Source: Bacteroidales bacterium Bact_09 (GTDB taxonomy: Bacteria > Bacteroidota > Bacteroidia > Bacteroidales > UBA932). Taken from it: DNA of 64,000 nt. Numbering within the stretch: position 1 is the first letter of the stretch; each line of letters begins with the position of its first letter. The notes under the pieces are model-generated. The model made no database searches. It saw nothing but the letters and a program-made list of their open reading frames with translations, and was not told where the DNA came from. A program made the translations under genes and the position numbers. Positions 28,104 through 37,993 of this stretch are shown here, piece after piece. Location of the stretch: positions 443 to 64,442 of the forward strand of contig LUZA01000008.1 of NCBI GenBank assembly GCA_001603455.1. Direction: 5' to 3'.

Positions 28104-29858
28104 ATGAAAGATTTTTTAAAAACATTTGCAGCCGTTGTCCTGGGCACTGTCCTTGTCCTGACAACAGGCTTTTTCATGATTATCGGGTCGGTAACCAGTA
28201 TGATCCGTCTGGGACTGGGCAGTTCAGCGCCGTCCATTCCCAACCAGGCCATCATGTACATATCTTTTGAGAACGGTGTGGCTACGCAAGATTCCGACCT
28301 TCCAGCCCTGGGGTTCCTGCCCCGGGAGCTGAGCATAGGTAAAGGAGGGACCGGCTTTCTTTCCATTATTCGGGCTATTGAACAGGCCGCCGAAGATCCT
28401 TCTGTCAGGATGATCTATGTGGACCCCCAGTATTTAAATGCACAAATGACGCACATAGAAGAGATCAGGAACGCATTGATCTCCTTCCGGCAAAGCGGAA
28501 AACCGGTCATCTGTTATGCCATGTCCTATACCCAACAGGCCTACTACCTGGCCACAGCGGCTGATAAGGTGATCCTGAACCCGGACGGGAACATCACCCT
28601 GCAGGGATTCAGTGTTAATGTGAATTATTACAAAGGCCTGATGGACCGGTTGGGTCTGGAAGCGCAGGTTATCCAACACGGCAGCTTTAAAAGTGGCGGT
28701 GAACCATTCACAGCTTCGCGAATGGGAGATCCGGAAAGAATACAACTGAAAGCTTACCTGGCTACCTGCTGGGATCACTGGTCTTCGGAGATTGACAACA
28801 TACGCCATCTGAAAGAAGGGACCATAAACAATCTTTGTTCAGGAACATTCATGACAGAAGCCCGGCAGGCAAAAGAAACAGGTCTTGTTGATGAACTCTG
28901 GTACAAAGATGAAATGATAGCCTATTTATCATCCGTTTACAACGGGCTGCCTGAAAGCAGACTCCCATTGATTTCCCTGCAGGATTATAACAGTTACCGG
29001 GAACTGCACAAACGCAGGATTTCCAGAGACAAGATAGCTGTGGTATATGCTGCCGGTGAAATTTCCCTGGGAAAAGGTATGGGACAGGTTTTTGCAGAAT
29101 CTTTTGCTGCTCAGTTGAGACAGTATCGTAACGATTCCACTGTAAAGGCTGTCGTTGTCCGCATGGAAAGCGCAGGAGGGGATCCGCTTGCAGCCGGGAT
29201 CATAGCACGCGAATTACAACTGACCGCCGACATCAAACCTGTAACGGTATCATTGGGAGATATTGCCGCTTCGGGTGGGTACTGGATAGCCAGCACAGCT
29301 CACAGTATCTATGCCTATCCTTGTACGCTGACAGGGTCAATAGGGGTTTATAGCCTGTTATTCAACGGCGAAAGGACCATGTCTGATATTCTTAAAATAC
29401 GGAGCGAGACGATTGACACCCATCCTTACAGTCATTTTGAATCGTGGTACCATCGCAAGAGCGAACAGGAACTACAGGTCATCAGGCAGCAGGTTGAATC
29501 TACCTATAACCGTTTTGTGGACGTGGTTGCCCAAAACAGGCACATGGAACGGCAGACAGTGGAAAATCTGGCCGATGGACGTATCTGGTCAGGAAAAGAT
29601 GCGCTCGGAAACGGACTGGCAGACCATCAGGGCGGATTGTCCGATGCCATCAGGGCGGCAGCCGGTATGGCCGGCCTGACAGACTACAGATTGGTGACCT
29701 ATCCCAAACCGTTAAGGATCCTGGATATGATCAGGATACCGGGAAGGAAGGCAATGACAGGTGTGGAAACTATCATTCAGGAACAAATTCAGGATCTTCT
29801 GGGAGAGGGAGGGATCCGGGCACGGCTTCCTTTTGATGAACAAGCAATATCGTGGTAG
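28104..29858 (+). CDS. sppA: Signal peptide peptidase SppA, 67K (two-domain) type
   Basis: MKDFLKTFAAVVLGTVLVL membrane anchor and two S49 peptidase-like halves (..GGDPLAAGIIARE.., ..ASGGYWIAS..). Start placed at ATG 28104 rather than 28071 because of the -7 box position. Confidence 0.85.
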   Translation: MKDFLKTFAAVVLGTVLVLTTGFFMIIGSVTSMIRLGLGSSAPSIPNQAIMYISFENGVATQDSDLPALGFLPRELSIGKGGTGFLSIIRAIEQAAEDPSVRMIYVDPQYLNAQMTHIEEIRNALISFRQSGKPVICYAMSYTQQAYYLATAADKVILNPDGNITLQGFSVNVNYYKGLMDRLGLEAQVIQHGSFKSGGEPFTASRMGDPERIQLKAYLATCWDHWSSEIDNIRHLKEGTINNLCSGTFMTEARQAKETGLVDELWYKDEMIAYLSSVYNGLPESRLPLISLQDYNSYRELHKRRISRDKIAVVYAAGEISLGKGMGQVFAESFAAQLRQYRNDSTVKAVVVRMESAGGDPLAAGIIARELQLTADIKPVTVSLGDIAASGGYWIASTAHSIYAYPCTLTGSIGVYSLLFNGERTMSDILKIRSETIDTHPYSHFESWYHRKSEQELQVIRQQVESTYNRFVDVVAQNRHMERQTVENLADGRIWSGKDALGNGLADHQGGLSDAIRAAAGMAGLTDYRLVTYPKPLRILDMIRIPGRKAMTGVETIIQEQIQDLLGEGGIRARLPFDEQAISW

Positions 29859-31128
29859 TAGCGCTTGTTACCCTGAAACGGTTATCTATACGCCAACCAA
29901 TTACCCAAGCGATATCGTTTCCGGAACAAAGCACATAAATGTCTTTTTTTTCATAGACAGGAATCTTTTGATCTACAAGGAAATCGCTGATCTTTTTGAA
30001 TCCTGTCATGCCAAGTGGAATAAACCTGTCACCCGGTTCCCAGTTCCGGATCTTCAGGGGAAACTGCAGTTTATCGGCATCAAGTGTCGCAATCTTACTG
30101 TCTTTTGGGATGATAAAACCCGGAGTACGTTCTATCCTCCTGTAATCCAACATCACAGATGGCCTGGGTTCAGTCAGAGGGCGTATTACTATCTCCTGAC
30201 GGTCTATCCACAGGGCATGTGACCATGAGAGGTGCCTTTTGCCGCTCTGTCCCAGCAGGGATTCCGATATGCCCGGGATCTGTGCTTCTTTAAAACCATA
30301 GGGGGACAACAATGCATGCAACCAGAATTCCACATGACCTTCACGTATCAGGCACGGAATAGAGAACCCTTGCGGGGTGGCGCAGGCAATCCGCTTGTTT
30401 TCTATGACCGAATCCAGCAGTAATTGTGCCTGCTGCAGATTCCTGGCGTTTTTCCCCATACGCAGTTCCACATTCGGAGAGATCTGTTCCAGTATCGGTA
30501 TGACAAGGTGACGGATTTTGTTGCGTGCAAAATCCGTCTCCTGATTGGTGGAATCCACACAGTATGTAATGTTGTTTTCCCTTGCATATTCAAGGATACG
30601 GGAACGCGGAACCTCCAGCAGCGGTCTGATCACCATATCATTCTGCTCTCTCATGCTGCAAAGACCCCGCAGTCCTGTTCCCCTGACCAGATTAAGCAGC
30701 ATGGTTTCAGCCCTGTCATTGGCATTGTGGGCAACGGCTATGTGAAACAAACCATGAGTCCTGCACAGTGACCTGAACCAGTCATAGCGCAGGTCCCTGG
30801 CCGCCATCTCGGCAGAAATACGATGTTCTGCTGCATAATCAAGGGTAGAGACTGTTTTTGTATAAAAAGCCATTCCGTGTTCATGTGCCCAATCCATCAC
30901 AAAACCCTGATCTCTGTCACTTTCGGCTCCGCGTAATGAAAAATTCATGTGCGCAATAACAACCTCCCGGCACATTTGACTACCTTCCTTCGTTTCCAGC
31001 CATTTCACGAACAAATGTGCCATGACCATGGAATCAACTCCTCCGCTGACGGCCAAAAGTATGCCGCCGGAAGAGTCTCTCAGCAATTTTCTTACCGATA
31101 AGAGAAATGCAGTTTCAACCATTTCCAT
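29773..31128 (-). CDS. tilS: tRNA(Ile)-lysidine synthase
   Basis: PP-loop LLAVSGGVDSMV, central HNANDRAET, and a C-terminal TilS domain (..GDRFIPLGM.G.KK.SDFL.D.KIP). The 3' tail overlaps sppA by 86 nt. Confidence 0.88.
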   Translation of the reverse strand: MEMVETAFLLSVRKLLRDSSGGILLAVSGGVDSMVMAHLFVKWLETKEGSQMCREVVIAHMNFSLRGAESDRDQGFVMDWAHEHGMAFYTKTVSTLDYAAEHRISAEMAARDLRYDWFRSLCRTHGLFHIAVAHNANDRAETMLLNLVRGTGLRGLCSMREQNDMVIRPLLEVPRSRILEYARENNITYCVDSTNQETDFARNKIRHLVIPILEQISPNVELRMGKNARNLQQAQLLLDSVIENKRIACATPQGFSIPCLIREGHVEFWLHALLSPYGFKEAQIPGISESLLGQSGKRHLSWSHALWIDRQEIVIRPLTEPRPSVMLDYRRIERTPGFIIPKDSKIATLDADKLQFPLKIRNWEPGDRFIPLGMTGFKKISDFLVDQKIPVYEKKDIYVLCSGNDIAWVIGWRIDNRFRVTSATTTILLVHQKEAVPGSLPLPEDPEFVPE

Positions 31129-31132
31129 ATGG

Positions 31133-32203
31133 CTATTTATTGGATATAGTATAAGAAAGTCCTATGGATAAAATTTCCCGGAATTGTACTCTGGAAGCTT
31201 TATTACCGTATTTATCGGCAATCTTGATGTTGTCATCGTATATCAGGTTCGTACGTATATTGGCACTCATGAACTTATTGACTTGCATAGATATGGAAAG
31301 GTCCCATAACACATGGATGTTCTGTGGCTTGTTCAGATAATCCGAAAACAGGACCAACTCTGTATCCACCTTAACATTCTCGAAAACTTCCTTATCCAAT
31401 TTTATTTTCAGTTGTGCTCCAAATTCCATCCTTACCTTTTCATCCGGCTTGTTTCCGTAATTCTCTCTCAATTCCGGCAAACTCACCACCACGATCCCTC
31501 CCGTAAGCGGAGCGAAGGTCATAGATAACCATGGTAACGGTTTATAATCAAGACCAAGCGCCAGCGTGGAATTGAGAGGAGAAGTAAACTGCGAAACAAG
31601 AGTCGTATCTTTAGTCGTGTACTTGTACCCTTTTGCCATTTGCGTTTTAATACCAAATGCAGCAGAAAAATAAAGCTTTTCTGTTGCCTTGTATCCGAAT
31701 TTGGAATCAAATGCCAGCCTGTCATCTGTCTTCTTGAGAATATCCCCGAACATTTTCACAAATCCGTATCCTATCTGAAAACGGTTCTGAAATATGACAC
31801 TGTTCTTTTCGTAATTCGCCTTGGCATCAATATAACCTCCCAGTGCAATGGAACTGTTCCCTCCTGCCGCCCAGTTAGTCAGAGATGTCTGTGAAAAATT
31901 CAACTGGGAAAGCATTGTATTTGTCCAGAATGTCGGTTTTTTAGGTGCGGGCATGGCTGCAAGGGCGGTCTGACGGCTTTCTTCAATGAATCGTGCTATG
32001 AGGATCGAATCCTCTATGGCCCGTTGCCTTGCAGAATCAACCTTGGCGGCCAGGCGTGCATACATGCGCACCAATTCTTCATACTTAGGTACCTGGACCG
32101 CATCCTTGCCCAGAGAATCTGCCTTAACAGTTTCCTGGGCACTGGAAACAACAACTGTCAGCAATAAGGCGGTACCAATCAGTAAAATTTTTTTCTTAAA
32201 CAT
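31133..32203 (-). CDS. DUF3078-like outer-membrane beta-barrel protein
   Basis: Signal peptide (MFKKKILLIGTALLLTVVVSSAQE). W.N....LNFSQTSLTNWAAGGNSS motif with alternating beta-strand pattern to the C-terminus. Start trimmed to ATG 32203. Confidence 0.65.
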   Translation of the reverse strand: MFKKKILLIGTALLLTVVVSSAQETVKADSLGKDAVQVPKYEELVRMYARLAAKVDSARQRAIEDSILIARFIEESRQTALAAMPAPKKPTFWTNTMLSQLNFSQTSLTNWAAGGNSSIALGGYIDAKANYEKNSVIFQNRFQIGYGFVKMFGDILKKTDDRLAFDSKFGYKATEKLYFSAAFGIKTQMAKGYKYTTKDTTLVSQFTSPLNSTLALGLDYKPLPWLSMTFAPLTGGIVVVSLPELRENYGNKPDEKVRMEFGAQLKIKLDKEVFENVKVDTELVLFSDYLNKPQNIHVLWDLSISMQVNKFMSANIRTNLIYDDNIKIADKYGNKASRVQFREILSIGLSYTISNK

Positions 32204-32207
32204 TGTT

Positions 32208-32918
32208 TTAATTCTGGTCTGCTTTAACATCATCGGCACAAAAGGCAAAGCCTAAACGTTTTCCTGTCTGCATCTTGGCACTGTCAATCTTGGCGTTCAT
32301 CTGTTCCACTGTGGCAACAGCAACCGTTTCATAGGGCGGAGCCAGCAAATCGAAAGAAAGACAATACAAAACGGCCGTTTCCACTATATTCACAATGGCG
32401 GCTTTGTCTATAACCCGCTTCCCGAAATCAGCCAGATCCCTGGTCTGTTGCCGTTTACCTTCGGTGAAATAACTTTTATCCTTATTTACAAACAACCTGG
32501 CCACCAGATATCCCAGGTCTTCCTTTCTGTTGTATTTGAATGAATCTGTCAGAAAGTTATATACAGATATCATGCCGCAATAAGTGGAAAAAGTTTCCTT
32601 TTTAACGTAATCGTTCTTCCAGACGGGATGGTCCCTGTCAAATTGAAATACATCGGTGTGCATGCTGAACAACAAAATATCATCTGCAAATTTCAGTTCC
32701 GCCTCGAATTTGCCCCGGTCTCTGTATTCAAAACGAACGCGACGGTTCTCTCCGTCTTCCAGAAGTTCGTTCACATCATTGCTCATTTCATGCAGCACTT
32801 CCTTTGTCAGATTGAACACTTCAAGGGTCTGTTGAAAAACCTTATTCTTCAACTGGGATTTGATGTTCAATCCCTGGATAATCTGCTGCCTGGTTGGACG
32901 CATTTCTGAATTTGTCAT
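32208..32918 (-). CDS. Hypothetical cytoplasmic protein
   Basis: Clean 236-aa ORF with an ATG start, no signal peptide and no motif I can name. Sits between proS and the DUF3078 gene on the same strand. Confidence 0.55.
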   Translation of the reverse strand: MTNSEMRPTRQQIIQGLNIKSQLKNKVFQQTLEVFNLTKEVLHEMSNDVNELLEDGENRRVRFEYRDRGKFEAELKFADDILLFSMHTDVFQFDRDHPVWKNDYVKKETFSTYCGMISVYNFLTDSFKYNRKEDLGYLVARLFVNKDKSYFTEGKRQQTRDLADFGKRVIDKAAIVNIVETAVLYCLSFDLLAPPYETVAVATVEQMNAKIDSAKMQTGKRLGFAFCADDVKADQN

Positions 32919-32928
32919 AATTTATTAT

Positions 32929-34401
32929 TTAATAAGCCCTGGCAAAAACGACCCTTTGCGGAGAAGGTTTTCCGGTGTACATACATCTGCCCGGTCTCGG
33001 ATCTTCCCTCTCGGGGATGAGCCGTATGGTAGCTTTTGTTTCTTCCTTGATCTTTGCCTCGGTTCCGGGAGTACCGTCCCAGTGACAAAGGAAAAATCCA
33101 CCATCCTCTATGCGCTCGCGAAATTCATCGTAACTGTTTATTTCAAAGGTGTTTTTATCTCTGAAATCAAGTGCTTTTCTGTAAATGTTCTCTTGTATAT
33201 CCTGCATCAGCTGAATGATCATTTCCTCTATTCCCTCCAATGGGAATGTCTGTTTTTCCAGGGTATCCCTCCGAGCTACTTCTACCGTGCTGTTTGCCAT
33301 GTCCCTGGGACCAACAGCTATGCGGACGGGGACACCTTTTACTTCCCATTCCGAGAATTTAAACCCGGAACGGACATTGTCCCTGTCGTCCAGTTTCACG
33401 GTCAGGCCCCTGGCCTCCAGACGGAGTTTAAGGCTTTCAAGGCGAGAGCAAATATCAGACCTTTCATCTTCCCCCTTGTATATCGGAACCAGAACAACCT
33501 GTAACGGGGCTAGTTTCGGCGGCAGAATCAGCCCGTTGTTGTCTGAATGAGCCATGATCAGGGCTCCCATCAAACGGGTTGATACGCCCCAGCTGGTAGC
33601 CCATACGTATTCCAGTGCCCCTTCCTTATTGGCAAATTGTACGTCAAATGCTTTGGCAAAATTCTGCCCCAGGAAATGAGACGTCCCGGCCTGCAGAGCC
33701 TTTCCATCCTGCATGAGTGCCTCGATGCACAATGTTTCAACTGCACCTGCAAAACGTTCAGAAGCTGTTTTGGGGCCAATCCATACAGGCAGTGCCATAA
33801 TTTCTCTGGCAAAGGAAGCGTATACTTCCACCATTCTACGGGTTTCTTCCATAGCTTCCCGGGCCGTTGCGTGGGCCGTATGGCCTTCCTGCCAGAGAAA
33901 TTCCGTGGTCCTGAGGAAAAGTCTCGTACGCATCTCCCAGCGGACAACGTTTGCCCATTGGTTGCAAAGAATAGGAAGATCTCTGTAAGATTTGATCCAG
34001 TTCCTGTATGTGTTCCAAATAATCGTCTCGCTTGTGGGGCGAACAACAAGTTCTTCTTCCAGGCGTGCAGCGGGATCTGCTATCAACCCATTTCCGTCGG
34101 GATCGGCCATGAGCCGGTGATGGGTCACTACGGCGCATTCCTTGGCAAATCCCTCGACATGCTCGGCTTCCCTGCTCAAAAACGATTTGGGAATAAACAG
34201 GGGAAAGTATGCATTAACATGGCCGGTTTCTTTAAAACGACGGTCAAGATCTGCCTGCATTTTTTCCCATATGGCATATCCATAAGGTTTAATAACCATA
34301 CACCCTCTTACCGCAGAATTTTCTGCCAGATCTGCTTTGATCACCAGGTTGTTATACCATTCCGAATAATTTTCCTCTCTGTTCGTGATCTCTTTTGCCA
34401 T
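32929..34401 (-). CDS. proS: Proline--tRNA ligase (archaeal/eukaryotic-like type)
   Basis: N-terminus ..[35 protein letters not shown], class II motifs, and a C-terminal Zn-like domain ending ..VVFARAY. Confidence 0.93.
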   Translation of the reverse strand: MAKEITNREENYSEWYNNLVIKADLAENSAVRGCMVIKPYGYAIWEKMQADLDRRFKETGHVNAYFPLFIPKSFLSREAEHVEGFAKECAVVTHHRLMADPDGNGLIADPAARLEEELVVRPTSETIIWNTYRNWIKSYRDLPILCNQWANVVRWEMRTRLFLRTTEFLWQEGHTAHATAREAMEETRRMVEVYASFAREIMALPVWIGPKTASERFAGAVETLCIEALMQDGKALQAGTSHFLGQNFAKAFDVQFANKEGALEYVWATSWGVSTRLMGALIMAHSDNNGLILPPKLAPLQVVLVPIYKGEDERSDICSRLESLKLRLEARGLTVKLDDRDNVRSGFKFSEWEVKGVPVRIAVGPRDMANSTVEVARRDTLEKQTFPLEGIEEMIIQLMQDIQENIYRKALDFRDKNTFEINSYDEFRERIEDGGFFLCHWDGTPGTEAKIKEETKATIRLIPEREDPRPGRCMYTGKPSPQRVVFARAY

Positions 34402-34540
34402 AAATTCTGTTTTTACTGGTACAATTTTTGTTGAACAAATTATTGAAAAAATTACTAAAAATTTTTGTTTTTTTCTTTGGTTTTACTATATTTGGTGCAA
34501 AAGTACATAATTTGGTACAATAAAAAACAGGAGGTGCAAA

Positions 34541-35857
34541 ATGAAACGGTATTTTATCTTATTGTTGCTATTCGCAGGACTATTTGCGGTTTCATGCGGA
34601 TCGGGCTATCAAGTAGCATCCTCCGAATATGACGATGCTACCTACTTCAGACCGGACGTGACTGCCCGGGTACACCTGCTTGCTACGGCAGAAGAAGCTG
34701 AAGATTTAAAAAATCAGACTATTGCGCAGGCGCGGAAGGAAGGTGCAAAAGTGGAAACTGTGTATACAGATCCGGAAGGTGTTGCCAACATAAATGTGGA
34801 ACCCGGCACTACATACCTGATCATGAATTCCCAGGACGATTCCTATGCCAGCCGGCTTGAAAAGTTCAGTGATGAACCATCTGATAGTTTCTCATTGACC
34901 ATCAATATGGACTTTGGCTATGACTATTGGTGGGCAAATGATTTCTTTTCCTACCCCTGGTATGGTCCCTGGGTCAGGTACAGATACTGGTACATGCCTT
35001 ATTCTTACTGGAATTACTGGTATTGGTATCCCCGTTCCTGGTATCGTGACTTCTGGTATTATGATTGGTGTTACAACTCCTGGTACTATCCATCGTACTA
35101 CTATATGTGGTCTTATTCCGGAATATGGGGGATATACCCGTATGAATACTATTATTACCATGGGAATTACGATTCTCACAACCGGATCAACCCCAGGGAA
35201 AATTTACGCCGGGTTGCCCCGGAAGATGTAATCGCCTCGAGAAGTGTCCGCTCCGGCGGATCATACCGCAGGACCAACCCCCAGATAGACCAGATCTCAG
35301 GGAACAGGAATGAACGCGTAGCCGATGTTGAGAGCAGAAATAACAACCCGACTGAAAGCGGAACCCGCTACTACAGAAGGATAAACGAAACCACCGGCTC
35401 AGAAGCTGTTTACAGGAGGGATCATTCCTCAGAAACCCGTTCCCGCTCAGAACAAACAAATACAGGGAATTCTTTCTACAGAAGATCATCCAATCTGTCT
35501 CAAAGGACTCCGGACAATTCCAGTACCGAGTCAACGACCAGGACCACCAATCCAGGCAACAGCCGCAGTTTCTACCGGAGAAATCAAGAGCCTTCCACTA
35601 CTGTCAATACGGGAAATTCCGGAAGTTCCAGAACTGTTAGAAATAACACCAACACCCGCTCAACGAGCGGTTTTGATAACCGCTCATACAACAGGAGCAG
35701 CTCTTCATCTTCTGTTTCAAGAAGCAGCGGTACGAGCCGTTCCACAAATAATACCGGTTCCATGAGAAGCAGCAGTAGCAGCATGGGCTCAGGAACAAGC
35801 AGCAGCAGTGGTAGTGTATCCCGTTCCGGTTCAAGTGGCGGTTCATACCGCAGATGA
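34541..35857 (+). CDS. Lipoprotein with Trp/Tyr-rich core and Ser/Arg/Asn-rich YRR-repeat tail
   Basis: Lipobox (LFAVSCGSG). The 87-aa segment at 34913-35173 holds 29 Tyr and 14 Trp (hand count). The C-terminal roughly 220 aa is S/R/N/T-rich with six YRR motifs. AGGAGG lies 6 nt upstream of the ATG. Confidence 0.7.
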   Translation: MKRYFILLLLFAGLFAVSCGSGYQVASSEYDDATYFRPDVTARVHLLATAEEAEDLKNQTIAQARKEGAKVETVYTDPEGVANINVEPGTTYLIMNSQDDSYASRLEKFSDEPSDSFSLTINMDFGYDYWWANDFFSYPWYGPWVRYRYWYMPYSYWNYWYWYPRSWYRDFWYYDWCYNSWYYPSYYYMWSYSGIWGIYPYEYYYYHGNYDSHNRINPRENLRRVAPEDVIASRSVRSGGSYRRTNPQIDQISGNRNERVADVESRNNNPTESGTRYYRRINETTGSEAVYRRDHSSETRSRSEQTNTGNSFYRRSSNLSQRTPDNSSTESTTRTTNPGNSRSFYRRNQEPSTTVNTGNSGSSRTVRNNTNTRSTSGFDNRSYNRSSSSSSVSRSSGTSRSTNNTGSMRSSSSSMGSGTSSSSGSVSRSGSSGGSYRR

Positions 35858-35895
35858 TCTGTATTAATAACTTACATGTTTGATCCCTTAAAAAA

Positions 35896-37404
35896 ATGAA
35901 AAAGTATCTGGTTTTGATCGCTTTAGTAGTTCCTATTGCCCTTTCCGGACAAAATGCCTGGGATGCTCTCCGGTTTTCTCACCTGAATTACCAGGGCACG
36001 GCACGTTCCATGGCATTGGGTAATGCCGTAACTGCACTGGGAGGTGATTTTGGCTCCATTATGCTGAACCCGGCCGCATCTGCCGTTTATCCCTATTCGG
36101 AAATAACCATAACTCCCTCTCTTACCACACAGTTTTCCGAGGTCAGTTATAATCATCAGGCAACCAATGACCGTTATACCCGTGGCGGTATTTCCAACAT
36201 TGGCTATGTGGGCACCCTGGGCACGGGACCTTTTTCCCTTTCATTCGCTGCGGGATACAATAAAGTACAAGATTTTACACTGCGTACCTCCGTTCGCCTC
36301 GACAATGCAAAGGCCAGCTGGCTAACACCCGTTGCAACCATGACAGATGGCATTAAGTATACAGACCTGGAGACTACAGACGACTATAATCCCTATTACG
36401 AATCAAATGCGCCCTGGAGATCCATTCTTGCATGGAACACTTACCTGCTTGACCCTCTCCCGGGAACAAACAATCAGTATATTGCTGCCACAGAAAACCT
36501 GAACGGTGAAGAAATTAGCGTTGGCGGTCTTTTAGACCAGCGTTTTATCAAGGAATCAAAAGGCAATATGGGGGAATATTTTCTGAATATGGGCGCCAAT
36601 ATTAATAACCGTTTCTTTGCAGGATACAGTCTCGTTTTCCGGAATATCTATTACCGGACTTATGAGAAATTCACAGAAACATCACAAAATCCCAAAGATT
36701 TTGACACTGGTTTTTCTTCTTTTTCACATTTATACGACCAAATCTCTACAGGTATAGGATTTAACATGAAATTGGGAATTATAGCCATTCCATTTAAAAA
36801 TTTTCGGCTGGGAGCCAGTGTTACCTCTCCTACCTGGACTACGCTGACCGATGAATGGCAGGAACAAATGACAGCCAATTTCGTAGAAGGGAGCGAAAGC
36901 ACAAGAAGCCCTGTCGGTTCTTACTCTTATAACGTGCGCACACCCTGGCGTTTTAATGCCGGAGTGGCTTATACATTTGGAAAATTTGGTCTTATAAGCA
37001 TCGACTATGAAGGCGTGGATTACAGGACCATGAAAATGGGAAAACGTTATGACAGATGGGCATTTGAAAAGGACAATGAAGCAATCCGCAACGGATCGGA
37101 TGTATTCCGTTTCCGGTGTGCTCATAATTTCAGGGCCGGGGCTGAGATCCGCATAGCTCAAATAATAGCCATCAGGGGCGGATACAGTTTTTACGGATCT
37201 CCGGAACGTAGTTTTGAACCTACGCACATGGCATCTGGCGGATTGGGATTTCGTGCAAACAAGTGTTTTGCAGATGCTGGATTTTCCTATCGCTTAGGTG
37301 AAACGGAAGGATTTTCACTCTATGATACAGGGGATAAGCAAATACCCGGGCTCAATACTTTATCGCGTCTGAGGATCGTACTTACTTTTGGAGTTCGTTT
37401 TTAA
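35896..37404 (+). CDS. FadL/PorV-like outer-membrane beta-barrel protein
   Basis: Signal peptide; N-terminal ..GTARSMALGNAVTALGGDFGSIMLNPAA.. resembles FadL/PorV-type barrels; alternating-strand pattern; terminal ..LTFGVRF aromatic. Confidence 0.65.
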   Translation: MKKYLVLIALVVPIALSGQNAWDALRFSHLNYQGTARSMALGNAVTALGGDFGSIMLNPAASAVYPYSEITITPSLTTQFSEVSYNHQATNDRYTRGGISNIGYVGTLGTGPFSLSFAAGYNKVQDFTLRTSVRLDNAKASWLTPVATMTDGIKYTDLETTDDYNPYYESNAPWRSILAWNTYLLDPLPGTNNQYIAATENLNGEEISVGGLLDQRFIKESKGNMGEYFLNMGANINNRFFAGYSLVFRNIYYRTYEKFTETSQNPKDFDTGFSSFSHLYDQISTGIGFNMKLGIIAIPFKNFRLGASVTSPTWTTLTDEWQEQMTANFVEGSESTRSPVGSYSYNVRTPWRFNAGVAYTFGKFGLISIDYEGVDYRTMKMGKRYDRWAFEKDNEAIRNGSDVFRFRCAHNFRAGAEIRIAQIIAIRGGYSFYGSPERSFEPTHMASGGLGFRANKCFADAGFSYRLGETEGFSLYDTGDKQIPGLNTLSRLRIVLTFGVRF

Positions 37405-37989
37405 AATCTTCCAGGCCTCGGAACCTTCATTCATGATAAGATCCAGAATACTTTGCCCGGGAACAAAACCATGTTTCCGGGCAAAAACCTGATAATATGG
37501 TTGCGGGTCGTACACAGGCAGGCATCTGCGATAATCACAATCTCCGTAATCCTGCAGATAAGATTCTGTGAATTTTATAATTGTGCTGATTTCCAGAATT
37601 TCAAAGCACCATTTGAGTATGGCCGTATTGAACTCAAAAAGGGGAACGGTCTTTTTGAGTTCATAGAAATGCCTGATCTCTTCCCTGTAATATTCATAGT
37701 AAGGAGATGATCCGTAAGCCGATTCAATGGCAAGCCAGTGATTACGCTGCCAGTCTTTTGACAGATCCAGCATTACTTCCCGTATGGGAGTCTTCAGACC
37801 ATGTTTACGCACTACAGGTATGATCAGCCATTGAGGTCCGTTGGCCCCGCATATGGAACAGCGGTTGCGGAGTGTCTGTTTCTGGTAAGTCTCATGTTGT
37901 TCCAATATCCATTCACCTGAAGGGTATAATATTGAAAAATATGCGACCGGAGGCCAATAGGCTGTTGTAAAGACTGCTTTCACTCTCAC
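37360..37989 (-). CDS. WbqC-like family protein
   Basis: ..FTTAYWPPVAYFS.. N-terminal motif as in WbqC-like proteins. The track start at 38037 is GTG and overlaps lpxA. GTG at 37989 (4 nt after the lpxA stop) is used here, but the start is uncertain. Confidence 0.55.
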   Translation of the reverse strand: MRVKAVFTTAYWPPVAYFSILYPSGEWILEQHETYQKQTLRNRCSICGANGPQWLIIPVVRKHGLKTPIREVMLDLSKDWQRNHWLAIESAYGSSPYYEYYREEIRHFYELKKTVPLFEFNTAILKWCFEILEISTIIKFTESYLQDYGDCDYRRCLPVYDPQPYYQVFARKHGFVPGQSILDLIMNEGSEAWKILKTNSKSKYDPQTR

Positions 37990-37993
37990 ACGC

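Noticed and set aside
29773-29858. 86-nt convergent overlap of sppA and tilS (also 50875-50924 HAD/FtsB-like, 37360-37404 barrel/WbqC-like, 10869-10882 kdsB/RSH)
   Set aside because: The overlapping parts are the non-motif C-terminal tails of the proteins, probably because no earlier stop codon occurs. I cannot support antisense regulation from sequence alone.
34892-35231. Overlapping ORFs on both strands across the Trp/Tyr-rich segment
   Set aside because: The TGG/TAT/TAC-rich codon usage of the real frame removes stop codons in other frames. The alternative translations are Pro/Gly/Ile/Val strings without start context.
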